Below the pieces are notes generated by a model that was not told the DNA's origin, made no database searches, and saw only the letters and a list, made by a program, of their open reading frames with translations. Shown one piece after another: positions 12,530 through 24,059 of a stretch of 64,000 nucleotides of DNA (positions within the stretch are counted from its first letter, which is position 1; every line of letters starts with the position of its first letter). The stretch is from Camelus ferus. Its lineage: Eukaryota. A program made the translations under genes and the position numbers. The DNA lies in the NCBI RefSeq assembly GCF_009834535.1, contig NC_045696.1, positions 53,198,001 through 53,262,000 of the forward strand. Reading direction: 5' to 3'.

Positions 12530-13000
12530 ACCACATTTTAGATTTAGAATAATTTTCAAAATGTAGTTCTTATTTTCCCCACATGTAGAATACACTTAAC
12601 AGGTTTTCTAACTAATGGTCATCTAACCTCAACTTGAACTCTTCTAGAGATAGAGAGTTCACAATTTAAAAGATCTATAGTCTGCTGTTGGATGGATTTA
12701 CTTGCTTTAAGTCAGTCTGATATTAATCTGACATCTTTCTACCCTACTCCTTCCACATATATCATTCTCACTACCCCTAGTTCTGACTAGGCAGAATTAG
12801 CTCCACTAATTCAGAACTAATATACCCCTTCTTCCCATGCCAGTCCTCCCTGAATTGGAGAGAGACATGTCTGTACACTCTTCTCTAGGTTAGATTTAAT
12901 CATATAGGTTATATTCCATGCTTCCATGCCTCCTTGTATAAACAAGTTTATGATCTACAAACTCTGACATTTGAGGTCCCCTCAATTAGACATACTCTAG
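12530..13000 (-). mobile_element. L3/CR1 LINE 3' relic
   Basis: ATCTAACCTCAACTTGAACTCTTCTAGAGATAGAGAGTTCAC resembles the CR1/L3 3' region. Confidence 0.5.
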
Positions 13001-13109
13001 TTGCTATTGCTCTCTTCAATTTTTTTTTTTCATTTTTGTGATCAGTGTATATTTATGTTACACACAGGCCACTAAGCACCGTAAGTATTTTTCATGTTTT
13101 TAAAAACAT

Positions 13110-14805
13110 ATTTTATGTTTTTAGAGCAGTTTTAGGTTTACAAGAAAATTGAGAGGGAGGTACAGAAATTTCCCACATACACTCTGCCCTTACTCACGCA
13201 TAGCTTTCTCCATCATCAACATCACACCAGAATGGTACTTTTTTTAACCTACACTGACATATCACAACCAGCCAAAGTCCACAGTTTACCTTAGGGTTCA
13301 CTCTTGATGTTGAACATTTTATGAGTTTCGATAAATATATAATTATATGTAGCCATAATTATACTGCTATACAAAGTATTTTCACTGCCCTAAAAATCCT
13401 CTGTGCTCTGCCTATTCATCTTATCACCCTCCTCTGGCAACCATTAATTTTTCTATTGTCTCCATAGTTTTGCCTTTTCCAGAATGTCATATAGTTGGAA
13501 TTATATAGTATGTAGCCTTTTCAGACTGACTTCTTTCACTTACTAATTGCATTTAAGATTCCTCCATGTCTTTTCATTGCTTGATAGCTCATTTCTTTTT
13601 AGCACCAAATAATATTCTATTGTCTAGATATACCACAGTTTATTTATCCATTCAAGTACAAAATGACATCTTGGTTGCTTCCAAGTTTTGGCAATTATGA
13701 ATAAAGCTGCTATAAACATCTATGTGCAGGTTTTTGTGTGAATATGAATTTTTACTCTTTTGGGTAAATACCAGGGAGCACGACTGCTGGATCATATGGT
13801 AAGAGTACATTTAGTTTTGTAAGAAACCACCAAACTGTCTTCCAAAATGGCTGTACTGTTTTGCATTCCCACCAGTTATGTATGAGAGTTACTGTTGCTC
13901 CACATCCTTGTCAGCATTTGGTGTTGTTAGTGTTCAGGATTTTGGTCATTCTAATAGGTGAATAGCTGTATTGCTATTGGTTTTAGTTTGTAGTTCCCTG
14001 ATGACATATGATGTGGAGCATTATCTCATAAGCTTATTTGCCATCTGTATATCTTCTTTGGTGAAATGTCTGTTAATGTCTTTGGTGCATTTTTCAGTTA
14101 GGTTGTTTGTTTTCTTATTGTTGAGTTTTAAGAGTTCTTTGTATACTTTGGGTAACAGTCCTCTATCAAATGTGTCTTTTACAAACATTTTTTTCAGTCT
14201 GTGGTTTGTCTTCTAATTCTCTTGATATTATTTTTTGCAGAGCTTAAATATTTTAATTTTAATAGAGACTAGCTTATCATTTTTTTCATGAACTGTATCT
14301 TTAATGTTTTGTCTAAAAAGCCATCATCATACGCAAAGTCATCTAAGTTTTCTCCTTACATTATTTTCTAGGAGTTTTATAGTTTTGTGTTTTACATTTA
14401 TGTCTATGATCCATTTTGAATTAAATTTTGTGAGGGGTGTAAGGTTTCTGTGTCTATCCTTTTTATTTTTTTAATGTGGATGATCAGTTGTTGTAGCACC
14501 ATTTGTTAAAGAGACTATCTAAGCTCCACTGTATTACCTTTGCTACTTACTTAAAGATCAGTTGACTTTATTTATGTGCGTCTATTTCTGGGTTCTCTAT
14601 TCTGTTCCAGTGGTTTATTTATATATTCTTTCTCCAATACCATATTGTCTTGATTATTGTAACTTTATAGTAAATTCTGAAGTTGGTCAGTGTTAGTCCT
14701 CCCAATCTGTTCTTCAATATTGTATTGGATATTCTCAGTCTCTTGCCACTTCATATAAACTTTAGAATTAGTTTGTTGATATACATAAAATAACTCTCTG
14801 GGATT
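13110..14805 (-). mobile_element. Old L1M (L1MB/L1MC-like) 3' fragment: 3'UTR and end of ORF2
   Basis: TTTTAGAGCAGTTTTAGGTTTACA 3' end; GCATTCCCACCAG, TTTGCCATCTGTATATCTTCTTTGGTGAAATGTCT typical of antisense L1 ORF2. Confidence 0.9.
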
Positions 14806-15429
14806 ATTTTTTCGTGTTTTTAAAGATCTTCATAATGTAGAAAAATTCTCAAATTATATAATTAATAGTTGTTTAAAGAAGTGTGTTCTGAGAACAAGTT
14901 GAACAGCTCTACAAAAACAGATAACCTCTAATGTTCTTCTTACAAAGAAAATATCCATGAGTGAGAATGCTTGATTGAAAAATATCTATCATGAATGATA
15001 TTTATAAGTGGGGTCCAGATGTCCTGAAGCTTCTATAAGACCAATAAGTTTCCATAAGGCCTTTCATTAGACCTTAATGAGAAAACCGCATCACTGGACC
15101 TGGATCTGCTGTTTTGGGGATATCAAAATAAAACCTTGCCACTTAGCTCCAGGTAGGACAGGGCTTGGAGCAGGGAGAATTCACAGTAGCAAGACTCAGA
15201 AAAAGATGTATAGTAAGTAGAATGCTATATTATTAAGTTACATTGAGAAATATATCTGCCAAGTAAACCAAAACATTTATACTACACCTGGCTGGCACAA
15301 TCGTTCCCCTAGAGAAAACACTATAGAAGAAGGAAAATTGAAATTAGAAGTTCACTTGATGAGCAAGAGATTAAAGCCAAAAGGAAAAACGATCTGTAGA
15401 GCTAGCAGCACCAATTACAGAAGTTGCAT

Positions 15430-15600
15430 CAAGTATTTTTAACTCATGTCTATGGACTCTTAGGCTTTAAGGCATTTGTGAAACCCAAGATATTGTAAGC
15501 AAAAAAAGCATGTTTATATGCAAGAGTTTATTTTCCAGGAGTGAAAAGGCAATAGGTTCATCAGATCCTCAAGAGAATCCATAAAACAATGTTAAGCACT
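15430..15600. mobile_element. MER103-like hAT relic
   Basis: TTCATCAGATCCTCAAGAGAATCCAT...GTTAAGCACT resembles the MER103C end. Confidence 0.45.
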
Positions 15601-16989
15601 AAATAATATGCCACACCAAGTAAACAGGAAATCTTTTGTCATCTGTACAAAAATTTCTTTTCTTAACACAACATGCAGACACACACGTTTCTCTTTTACT
15701 CACTTTGTTCCATGTTTTTTGCAGACTACCCTTTTTGTTAATAAACTCTTTATATAGACAATTTCTTAATGTATGCTCTTCTTTATAATAAAAGCTGTCT
15801 ATAAAATATGTAAAATTACGACACAAATCATAGCACTTGGGGTATAATTTGGGGTATAATTGATGTTGGGAGTGCAATTCTACCCACAGAACAGCAGATT
15901 TGGATTCATCACCTTTTATCTCAATATATCACCTTTGGTAACTTGACAGCCTGGAAATTTGACACAACTATACACCTACCATAAAAGTAGGACTTTGTCT
16001 TTAGATCCAACTTAACCATATGGGTAGGCCTTCTCTTCATCTTTCAAATGTTCAGACTGCACAATCCTTCCCCTGTATTAATTTGCTCAAAAGCTTCTTT
16101 CTCTGTGGAATACAGGAGCAGAAAACTACCAAAGACAGAGGAGTAAAATAAAACAAACTGCCAAGGAAAAATATCCAAAAACTCATCACAGGGAGAAGGG
16201 AAAAATTGAGGTCTCCACAGATGAGTGCTTTTAATTAGGAAGAGGGCTGAACGGCAAAGAGCTTATGCTAATAAGCAGCCTCTTTTAATCAGCTTATTAA
16301 AAAGAAACATTTTTAACAGCCAAAATAGTTTCAAAAATGGTAATTATTAGAAAAGCATTAGCAGGCTGATGGTGGGGGAAGGAAAGAGCTGGTCCTGAAC
16401 TGAAATTAACAAGCTCTTTGGACACTCTGGGCAGGCTCAGTGGTCCTGAAGAAGTGGGACGGCACCGGTGCGGGCACGTTGTGCCAGCTTCGTCTCTTCT
16501 TTTCTAAATGACTGTCTCTTTTCTTCTGCACGTCCCCTGCTTTTCCATTTTGCCTTCTTTCTTTTGGTTTTTTTTTTTTTTTTCACTTGCTGCCCTTTAC
16601 TCATTTCTAATGTTTTCCTCAATACTTTTCCTGTATTTTTTTGTTGTTGTTCCAAGGCTTTGGTTCCACTTTCTTTCCCCTTATAAACATGCTTTCCTTG
16701 TGTACTGATCTTTGCAGTCCAAACTTGTTCAACCTTGCTAACTTGAATATTAACATGAAAAAAAATCTATTAAGGTTTGGCTTCCAAAAAATATTTCCAG
16801 CACTTTCACTCTGTTCTGCATCTAGTTAGAAAAATACTTCCAAATAGTTACTGAATTATATTCTAATATGGATTAAAATATCAGGATATCTTACCCTGAA
16901 ACGAGCTCCTAACTTTACTGTTAGTCAAGGTATAAGCAAAAAACATAATCCTCTATGAGTGTTTAAAAGAAAAGGAAATTAATGTAGAG

Positions 16990-17396
16990 TCTTGACAAAC
17001 AGATGATGGAAGAGACTGAGAAGCCAACCAGGGGACACTGAGTGATTAGTAACACTAGTTATAAAGTCAGAGTTTAGTTCAATTGCTTGAACCCAGGGGC
17101 AAAGATCAAAACTATGCAGGTCTGTCCCAGGGATCTGGAACCACTGAAGAGACTCAGCAGCTGCCCCAAGATAACCAACTGAAGCAAAGAGAAGAGGAAG
17201 GGAATACGTTAGCTGTTCCCTTTCTCTTGCTCTCCAGTTTCTCACCATGCCCTCCACCGGCTGAGTCCAGCAAGAGGCCAACTTAACAGGGGAGCCTTGG
17301 AACCAAAGCTTGTGGAGGTCAGACTCCTGATAGAAAGAGAAGGCAGGGGACTGTGAGGACTGGATCTGTGGAGCAACTGCCTTGGGGCCAGCACAC
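16990..17396 (-). mobile_element. ERVL-type solo LTR (LTR33-like)
   Basis: rc TGTGCTGG...CAGATCCA...GGAGTCTGACCTCCAC...GGCTCCCCTG resembles the LTR33 start. Confidence 0.6.
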
Positions 17397-17665
17397 TCCA
17401 GCTCTTTAGCATAGGGAGGAAATAGATGATTCTTTTTTTTTTTTTTTTCATTTTGCATCCCCCATATGTAAGCAAATTGTCAATGCCTGTGTTGAAATAG
17501 AATTCAAATATCTATGAGACTCAAGTCTGAAATATTTGGAACTTTCTTAAGTTCTCAAAGTCTTAAGTACTTAATGCATGTTTTAGCTTTGAACTAGCTA
17601 TTTTGACACAGTAAGAGTTCAAGAACTACCCTGCTTGTAGAAAGAAATTTCCCCCTTTATCCACA

Positions 17666-18186
17666 TGGGATGAGAAAGGCAACTTTTTGAGAAAACAACT
17701 TTTGCTTTTCTGAATTGCTGCCTAGGCATTTTACAGTATAATAACTCTGCTCACACCCAGAATCTGGGTATTTAGATAAGGACTGAGTCTAGGATGCCCG
17801 CCATAAGTTCCTGCTTTTTTCTGGGCACTTTTTAAAGTAATCATTAATAGTTAAGCCCACAAAAATTTAGTAACCTCCCCCTCAGCCACCTTAATAAGCA
17901 ATGGGTGCTTGCTACCCTGCTCTTTATCTCCTGCTCGCTTAAGACCTGGAAACAACTGCCCTCCTCCCAGCTCACTGCACCCCCTCACTTCTGGTAATAT
18001 ATCTTGTGACTACTTCCTTTCTGTGGGTATCCAGTATTGAAGACGTATTTTCAATCAAAACAATCCCAATCCCGTGTTTCACTTCCCCAAAGTGGGAGCT
18101 TGGATGCTGAGGGAGCTACCTGCTGCCCTTGGGTGGGTATCTCCTCTAGATCTCCTCATTTAGCAGGTCATATCGGGATTATGGCA
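17666..18186 (+). repeat. 5' LTR
   Basis: TG...CA; aligns with 24060-24605 (16 mismatches in a hand-aligned 70-nt block, 17701-17770 vs 24096-24165). Confidence 0.9.
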
Positions 18187-18188
18187 AC

Positions 18189-18210
18189 TGACAACCAGGA
18201 GGATGGGATT
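18189..18210 (+). promoter_or_regulatory. Primer binding site, tRNA-Ser(GCT)-like
   Basis: TGACAAC[CAG]GAGGATGGGATT versus TGGCGACGAGGATGGGATT (complement of the tRNA-Ser-GCT 3' end), 2 nt after the LTR CA. Confidence 0.7.
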
Positions 18211-18699
18211 GTGGACATAGTTTGTATCCCCTTGCAATGCCTTAGAGCTGTGAATGGCTCACTCACTTCCTCTCCCAGACTTCTCAGTCTCCCTGGGAAG
18301 GAACCGCTGCTTGCTGGTGCTGCTGTGTATTGTTGCTTCAGATGCTGTGAATCCCCGCCCTAAATTATTATTGCTATGAAAGGTCAGACTCCCCTGCAGA
18401 GACCAACTGGCAGGCCTCAGTCTGAGATGGGTATGTTTCCTATTAATCTCTAAGTGAGACCCTGCTGGGTGTCTGGTCTGTACGTGATGGCTATAATCTT
18501 ATGCAAAAGTCGCTGCACTGAGCCCAGGTGAGCTAACCAGGACAGTAGGGCTCTGCCTCCATTCCCCCAGGCAGGGACTAGGGGTGTGGGCCATCAGATC
18601 TTGGGAGCCAAGGAGAGCTCTCCTAGATTAGTGTCAGTAAGGGGAGGCTAGCTGCTGGCTCCAAAGTGTCCCCAGGATCCTGATCTTGGGGAGACAGCC

Positions 18700-19400
18700 C
18701 TAACCCAACACAATCATCCATCACAGTCATTACGGCTAAGGCTCATTTCCAGGGAGCAACCCCAGATGAAGTGTGCCTTCTCTTAGTGGAATTGGGATGG
18801 CTCAGTGGGTATATCGTTTTGCTGAGCATCATGGTCCCACAGACACCACCCCCCCAAACCAGAGGAGGCGCCCTTGGGACCAGAATCTAAGGAGTTCTTA
18901 AAGGGCATCCCCCAACTATAGGATGCTGTTACAATTCATAGAAGTGTCAAATACAGTACAACAGGCATTAGACTGCATCAATGCTGGAGCTAAACGTGAA
19001 AAAGAGCATTTTCCTGAAGCCCAAATCTTGTTTGTTGGTAAAGGTGAACGGCCCTGCTGCCTCCCCAGCCAGGAACCCAAAGGACAGGATCTAAAGGCTA
19101 TGAAAGCTTCTAGGCCCCTTACTGGTTCTCGCCAGCTCCTTCCCTCATGGGATAACCTTCAGGCCTCTCTACTGGCAGCTCCAGAGATCTGAATCCCTAA
19201 TGACTTAATCTCAGGACAGCCTGAGCTAAGGTAGAAGCCTTCATTCAGGTGCTGTAGGCTCTTTAGAAAACTACACACCATGGTGAGGGCAGATGAAGTC
19301 ACCTCTCAGAATGACCCAGTCCTGGCGGCAGGATCCGGAATCCCAGATCCCATTCCCTGAACTTGGAGAAGGGCAGCCTCCAAGGCCCCTGCCCTAGGGA
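18700..19400 (+). pseudogene. gag: ERV gag remnant
   Basis: Inferred mainly from position between leader and protease; weak ERVL gag-like LKGIP/VQQALD segment; many stops and frameshifts. Confidence 0.5.
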
Positions 19401-19449
19401 CCCAGTTTCCTGGAGCTTGTCTCTCCTCCAAGAGACACTCCCCCATACA

Positions 19450-19720
19450 ACTCTAATTATCCACTGGGACACACAAAATAGACAACACTTTACTGCTCTC
19501 ACTGACACTGGAGCCCAAATTTCAGTGCTTCCCAGGAACCCCTCAAATATAAGCAAGAGGCAATCTAAATGACAAGGCATAGTGGGTAGAATAGTAGCAG
19601 GCTTTCGCTGGATGCCACTCTTGGAACAATCTTTATTAAAAATCCTTTAGTGGCGGTGGCCCTGTCCTCCCTACCCTTCCTTGTTATAGGTGTGGATCTT
19701 TGTTGCACTGCCATGCCATC
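19450..19720 (+). pseudogene. pro: ERV aspartic protease remnant
   Basis: QHFTALTDTGAQISVLPRNP, with catalytic DTG. Confidence 0.88.
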
Positions 19721-19799
19721 TGGAATAAACCCTGATTCCTGGCCTTCCTGGTGGGAGCTGCACATTAGGAGCTCATAAGACTGCCACTCCTGATTAAGA

Positions 19800-21370
19800 C
19801 AGTAAATATGCCCCAATGTCACTTGTGACAGGGGACTGAAGGACTGTGGCCCATAATTCAAGATTTATTAAATGAAGGAGTCATTAAACACACCATTTCT
19901 CCTTTCAGTTCCCCCGTTTGGCTGGTATTAAAGCCCTCTACTAATGAGTGGTGCAACAGTTGACTGCCGAAATTTAAGTACTCAGGTGCCCCCTATTAAG
20001 GCTCCCTTTCTCAACATTGTCCTGTTAATTGAGAACATCCAAAGGGCTCCAGGGGCTACTTTGCCATGATCGATCTAACTAATATGTCCTATTCAGTATT
20101 GATCACAGAGGAGTCCCAGCTGCAATTCGCCTTCTTATTTGAAGGCACTCAATATACCTTTACCTGACTGCCTCTGGGCTATCTTAACAGCCAGGCTATT
20201 GCCCACAGTCTTTGCCAGCAAGACTTGGACGCCCTTACATTGTCCCCATTACACCGTCTGGCACTATATGGATGACATTCTAACGCAGGGGTCCTCGGAG
20301 GATGCAGTGTGTGAGGCCCTAACACAGCTGACGATGCACCTACAACACAGAGACTGGGCTGCTGCCCCACATAAAATTCAAGGGCCCATCACCACTGTTA
20401 AACTTCTAAGCATTTTTTAAATTCTCTGAAGGCCAGGAAGTCCCACTTGCAGTTAAATATCAATTGTTAACTATTCAGCCTCCTCCCTTGGCAAGCCCAA
20501 CAAGTCTTAGGCCTCTTCATGTTTTGCAGGCAATGCATACTGCACTTACCCACCATTCTTAGACCCATTTATGCCATCGCACGTAAATCCTCCACATTTT
20601 ACTGCGGGGAGGCTCAACAGTAAGCCTTAGAGCTGGCACGAAGGTCAGTCCATCAAGCCCTCTCTCTTGGCCCCCCAGGTCCTCCTTCCAGGTTGAGACA
20701 CTGGCTGCAAGGGACTATGGGTCCTGGAGCATATGGACTAAACACAGTTCTCCTGGCTGCCTGTGGGCTTCTGGCACAGATGGTGGCCCTTCAGAGCTTC
20801 TTGCTATACCCCCTTAGAGTGTTAGATTCTGGCTGCTTCTTGGTATTTGTTAGAAACAGAGGCACTCACAAGAATGGAGCCTCTTCTCTTGAGTACCCAC
20901 ATTCCCATTAGGCCATGGATAGGGGATGTCTCCTGAGAGCAGCTCAGCACAGCTATAACTGCCACTTTGCTGAATGGAAATGGTACCTTCAGGAGCGGCA
21001 TTGACAGCTGTACTGATGTCATGGGTCTTTTCCAATTGCAGAAGGATGTGGCTTCCCCACTCCTCAGCCCCCTGCCCATGAGCCTTGAGGGACTAGTGAT
21101 GGCAGCCCCATTGCCTAAAACTCTAGAGACCTGGGGTAGCCCCTGGGAAGAGCTTATGGAGAGGCAGGAATTTTGTGGATCTTGGACGTCAGCACCACCA
21201 CGTAAGTCACCAGCCAGGTCACCAGCCTCTTGGGGCTCTCAACCACTGACTCTTTACCAACAGCTCTGCGAGGTCCACCCACCATGAAACCATGGCTTCT
21301 CCCACCCTCACCCCATCAATCAGTCCTCGGCTCCACCAATCTGGCCTCTCTTAGTCACTACTTCCATACT
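19800..21370 (+). pseudogene. pol: ERV reverse transcriptase, tether and partial RNase H remnant
   Basis: ISPFSSPVWLVLKP...TVDCRNL...FAMIDLTN...QFAFLFEGTQYTFT*LPLGYLNS...HYMDDIL (YMDD 20265-20276); WGSPWEEL tether motif; multiple stops and frameshifts. Confidence 0.92.
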
Positions 21371-21379
21371 CCTTATCCT

Positions 21380-22640
21380 CTGGCACAATGATCCCATATC
21401 TCTTTGGGTTATGGGGAGCTGCTGCCACTTGGGCCTGGGGCAGAAGTGTTTTGTTTATGGCACATCTTAAAAAATGCATGGTTTTGAATTGCAAAGTATG
21501 CTCCCAAACCAAACACTGGAAACTGCCCTCTCATGTTTTGGTTCTGCAAGGGAACCACTCTTTTATTGCCAGTAGATGTAACCGGCATCCAGGTTCTTGT
21601 CCCGTTCCAGAAGGAATTCAGAGACAAGACACAGAAGTTAAGAAGAGTAAAGTGGGAATTTATTAAGGGATAGACAGTACACTCCCAAGGGGAGAGCAGG
21701 CTGGCTCAGGTGAGCAGCTGCCCTGAGGTTTTTTAGCAAGTTGGTCACATAGAGTGTAAAAATGAATGGGTAGAATATTCATTGGGGAGGGTGGGGTTTG
21801 GGGTCATAGTCCCTCCATCCCAACTCCACCTTCCAGAAGGGAGGGGGGATTTTTGTCCTTATTTAGTCTGTATCGGAAGTGTCATGGTGTCGGTGCATGA
21901 TGGATACTTCTAATCTGCAAGGCTAACTTTATTGAAATGAGGGCATAATGAGCAAAAGGTTACATTTGGACACTCGAGATTCCTGCCTGTTCCCAGTTTT
22001 CTTTGTCAGCCCCCAGGCTGCACATCACCCCAAAGAGTGTGGCCACTTATCAGCCCAAAGGTTCTTGCTTTTCTTTCTCTGCCCAGGGACCCCTGGTGTT
22101 TACATGATGTATGGTTTCCTGTATTCGGCCTGTGCGCCCTCCTTTCTGCCCAATTCCTGCCATTTGGCCTGTGTCCCCCTTTCTCTGCTCATAGCTAGCT
22201 ATCTGTCTGCTCTAACACTTCTGGCCCTTTGATTTCATGAAGCTGCTTCCTTAGTCAGCAGGCACTATCCATTTTGATATTACATGTGCAGATATTTCTA
22301 CTTGCTTACTGCTTGCTACACTCACCAGGAATATTTCTGTGGAACAGGTAATCTCTTTCTTTTCTAAGTGTATCCTTCCCCATTGGGCCCTCCTGACATC
22401 ACTGACTCAGATAAAGTATCTTATTGTACCCACATAACACAGCACTGGTCTCTCCAACGGGGCATCTAATGGAACTTTCATATCCCATACAAGCCACAGG
22501 CCTCTGGCATTACTGAACTCCACTATGGTCTCATAAAAGTCTTTTCCTTAAGTTACAGGGTTATAAGTGAACTCCCAAATGGACTTCCTTGTTGCCAGGA
22601 GCACTTACCACTTTAAACTCTAAGCCACGCGGTCACCACT
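21380..22640 (+). pseudogene. pol: ERV integrase remnant, split by a nested LTR
   Basis: LAQ*SH..GYG and CKVC (HHCC); WPFDFMKLLP; ITCADIST; DSDK...WNFHIPYKPQASGITE...GLIK; ALTTLNSKP. Confidence 0.85.
21564..22217 (-). mobile_element. Nested solo LTR (ERV1-like), antisense
   Basis: rc begins TGTTAGAGCAGACAGATAG; AATAAA on the minus strand at ~21659-21664; 4-bp TSD CTTT/CTTC; integrase motifs continue on both sides. Confidence 0.8.
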
Positions 22641-22768
22641 CTCCTCATACTAAACTCGTCCAGCCTGTGACTGTTATCACAGGGGAATCTGGTACCTTCA
22701 CCTTGTGGGACAATATCATTTACATATTTCCCCAGTACATTTTTTTTTTTGCCTCTTACAGATTTAAA

Positions 22769-23990
22769 ATGTCAATCATCTCACTTTCCAATGAGTCCCA
22801 CAACCTTACAGGGGCCCCTTTAAACACTTCACTTAGCTGCTTGCCTTCACATGCATTAGCCTGGACTATGTCATGTGTCCTACTGGGAGTTAATGAACTT
22901 AATTTCTGTTGGGAGGACCCTTCCTTGGCTGTGAATGCTGCTACCACAGTATCCCACCCCTTATACCCTCCAGGACCACAGCAGCAAAATTACCTCCCTC
23001 CACTGCCCCAAGGGTGCCATTCCCCACCAACACCCTGTAGGGCTCCACAATCTTCTCACTCAAGACCTCTGATAATCTTAATATTTTTATACAATAGGCA
23101 GAAATCAGAGCTCACATTTTGGGCTGCTGTAATTGCTGGGCATGTTACTGGACTCAACAAAGGCTGTTTCCTAAGTTAGTGGCCTAATCAGCTGACTTAC
23201 TGACCCTGCCCCATTTGCCCAACAGAAGGCACCCCATGTGTCCCTGTGACTTGCCTGGCCACTCTCTATGGTGCTCAACTGATCCCATGCAGGATACTTT
23301 TTAATACAATATGTCGCACCCAGAAGGAGCCCCCACAGTTTTGGGCCAAGTGACACAGTCATCTGGAAGGAATCACAATTTATTCTGGCTTCCCTGATCA
23401 AGCAGTTGGTGTCCACTGTGGGTCCAGTGCCCTAGGCCCGTCACATATATGTGTCTCTCCTTACGTGCACTTCTTCTTCCCTCGACCTCCAATGTATTAG
23501 CCTTTTTGCCGGCCCCTGGGGAGTGCTATCTGTCCATACCAATGTGCTTTAGTCTCCCAGGGACTATCCTTACAAATCACTGAACAGGCACCTCACCGAG
23601 CTGTTAGACCAAACCCTAGCCTTAATGCAACAACAACATGATTCTTTTGCACAGATGGTCTTGAATAACCATTTAGCTCTAGATCACTTATTGAGCCAGG
23701 AAGGACGTATACCTGCTGCATGTGTATTAATAATTCTGCACATATTTAAAGACACTTACAAAAGATGGCTCAACAAGTATTCCATAATCCCACCCAAGTG
23801 TTTAATCAAATACCTACTTTAACCTTACCTGAGGGCTTTTATTTATTTTCTTCAGGGGACCTCAACAAATGGTGGGATGGTAATGAACAGGATTTCAAAC
23901 TGTTGTTTGCCTACTCATATTATTTGGCATTTTTGCTTTGCTTAAATGTTTCATGCACTGGGTGACCAAAACCCTGCCAGTGGTTTTTAA
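22769..23990 (+). pseudogene. env: ERV env remnant (SU and gamma-type TM)
   Basis: NELNFCW (CWxC-like); immunosuppressive-domain-like AQMVLNNHLALDHLLSQEG (~23649-23705); TCCMCINNS; hydrophobic anchor VVCLLILFGIFALLKC (~23900-23950). Confidence 0.85.
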
Positions 23991-24059
23991 TATCTCCACT
24001 ATCCAGACAGTGCCTATGATTTTCCCTAAAGATTAATGCCTAGGCATCATGGGGTCAAT

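Noticed and set aside
13110..14805. Missing 3' half of the L1 at 5195-9680
   Set aside because: It lies on the wrong side for a single minus-strand element and appears to be a different, older subfamily.
16455..16500. Small CpG cluster as a CpG island
   Set aside because: Only about 45 bp long, with no other promoter support.
22589..23965. Intact co-opted env (syncytin-like) gene
   Set aside because: Stops and frameshifts separate SU and TM, CX6CC is incomplete and no clear furin site is visible.
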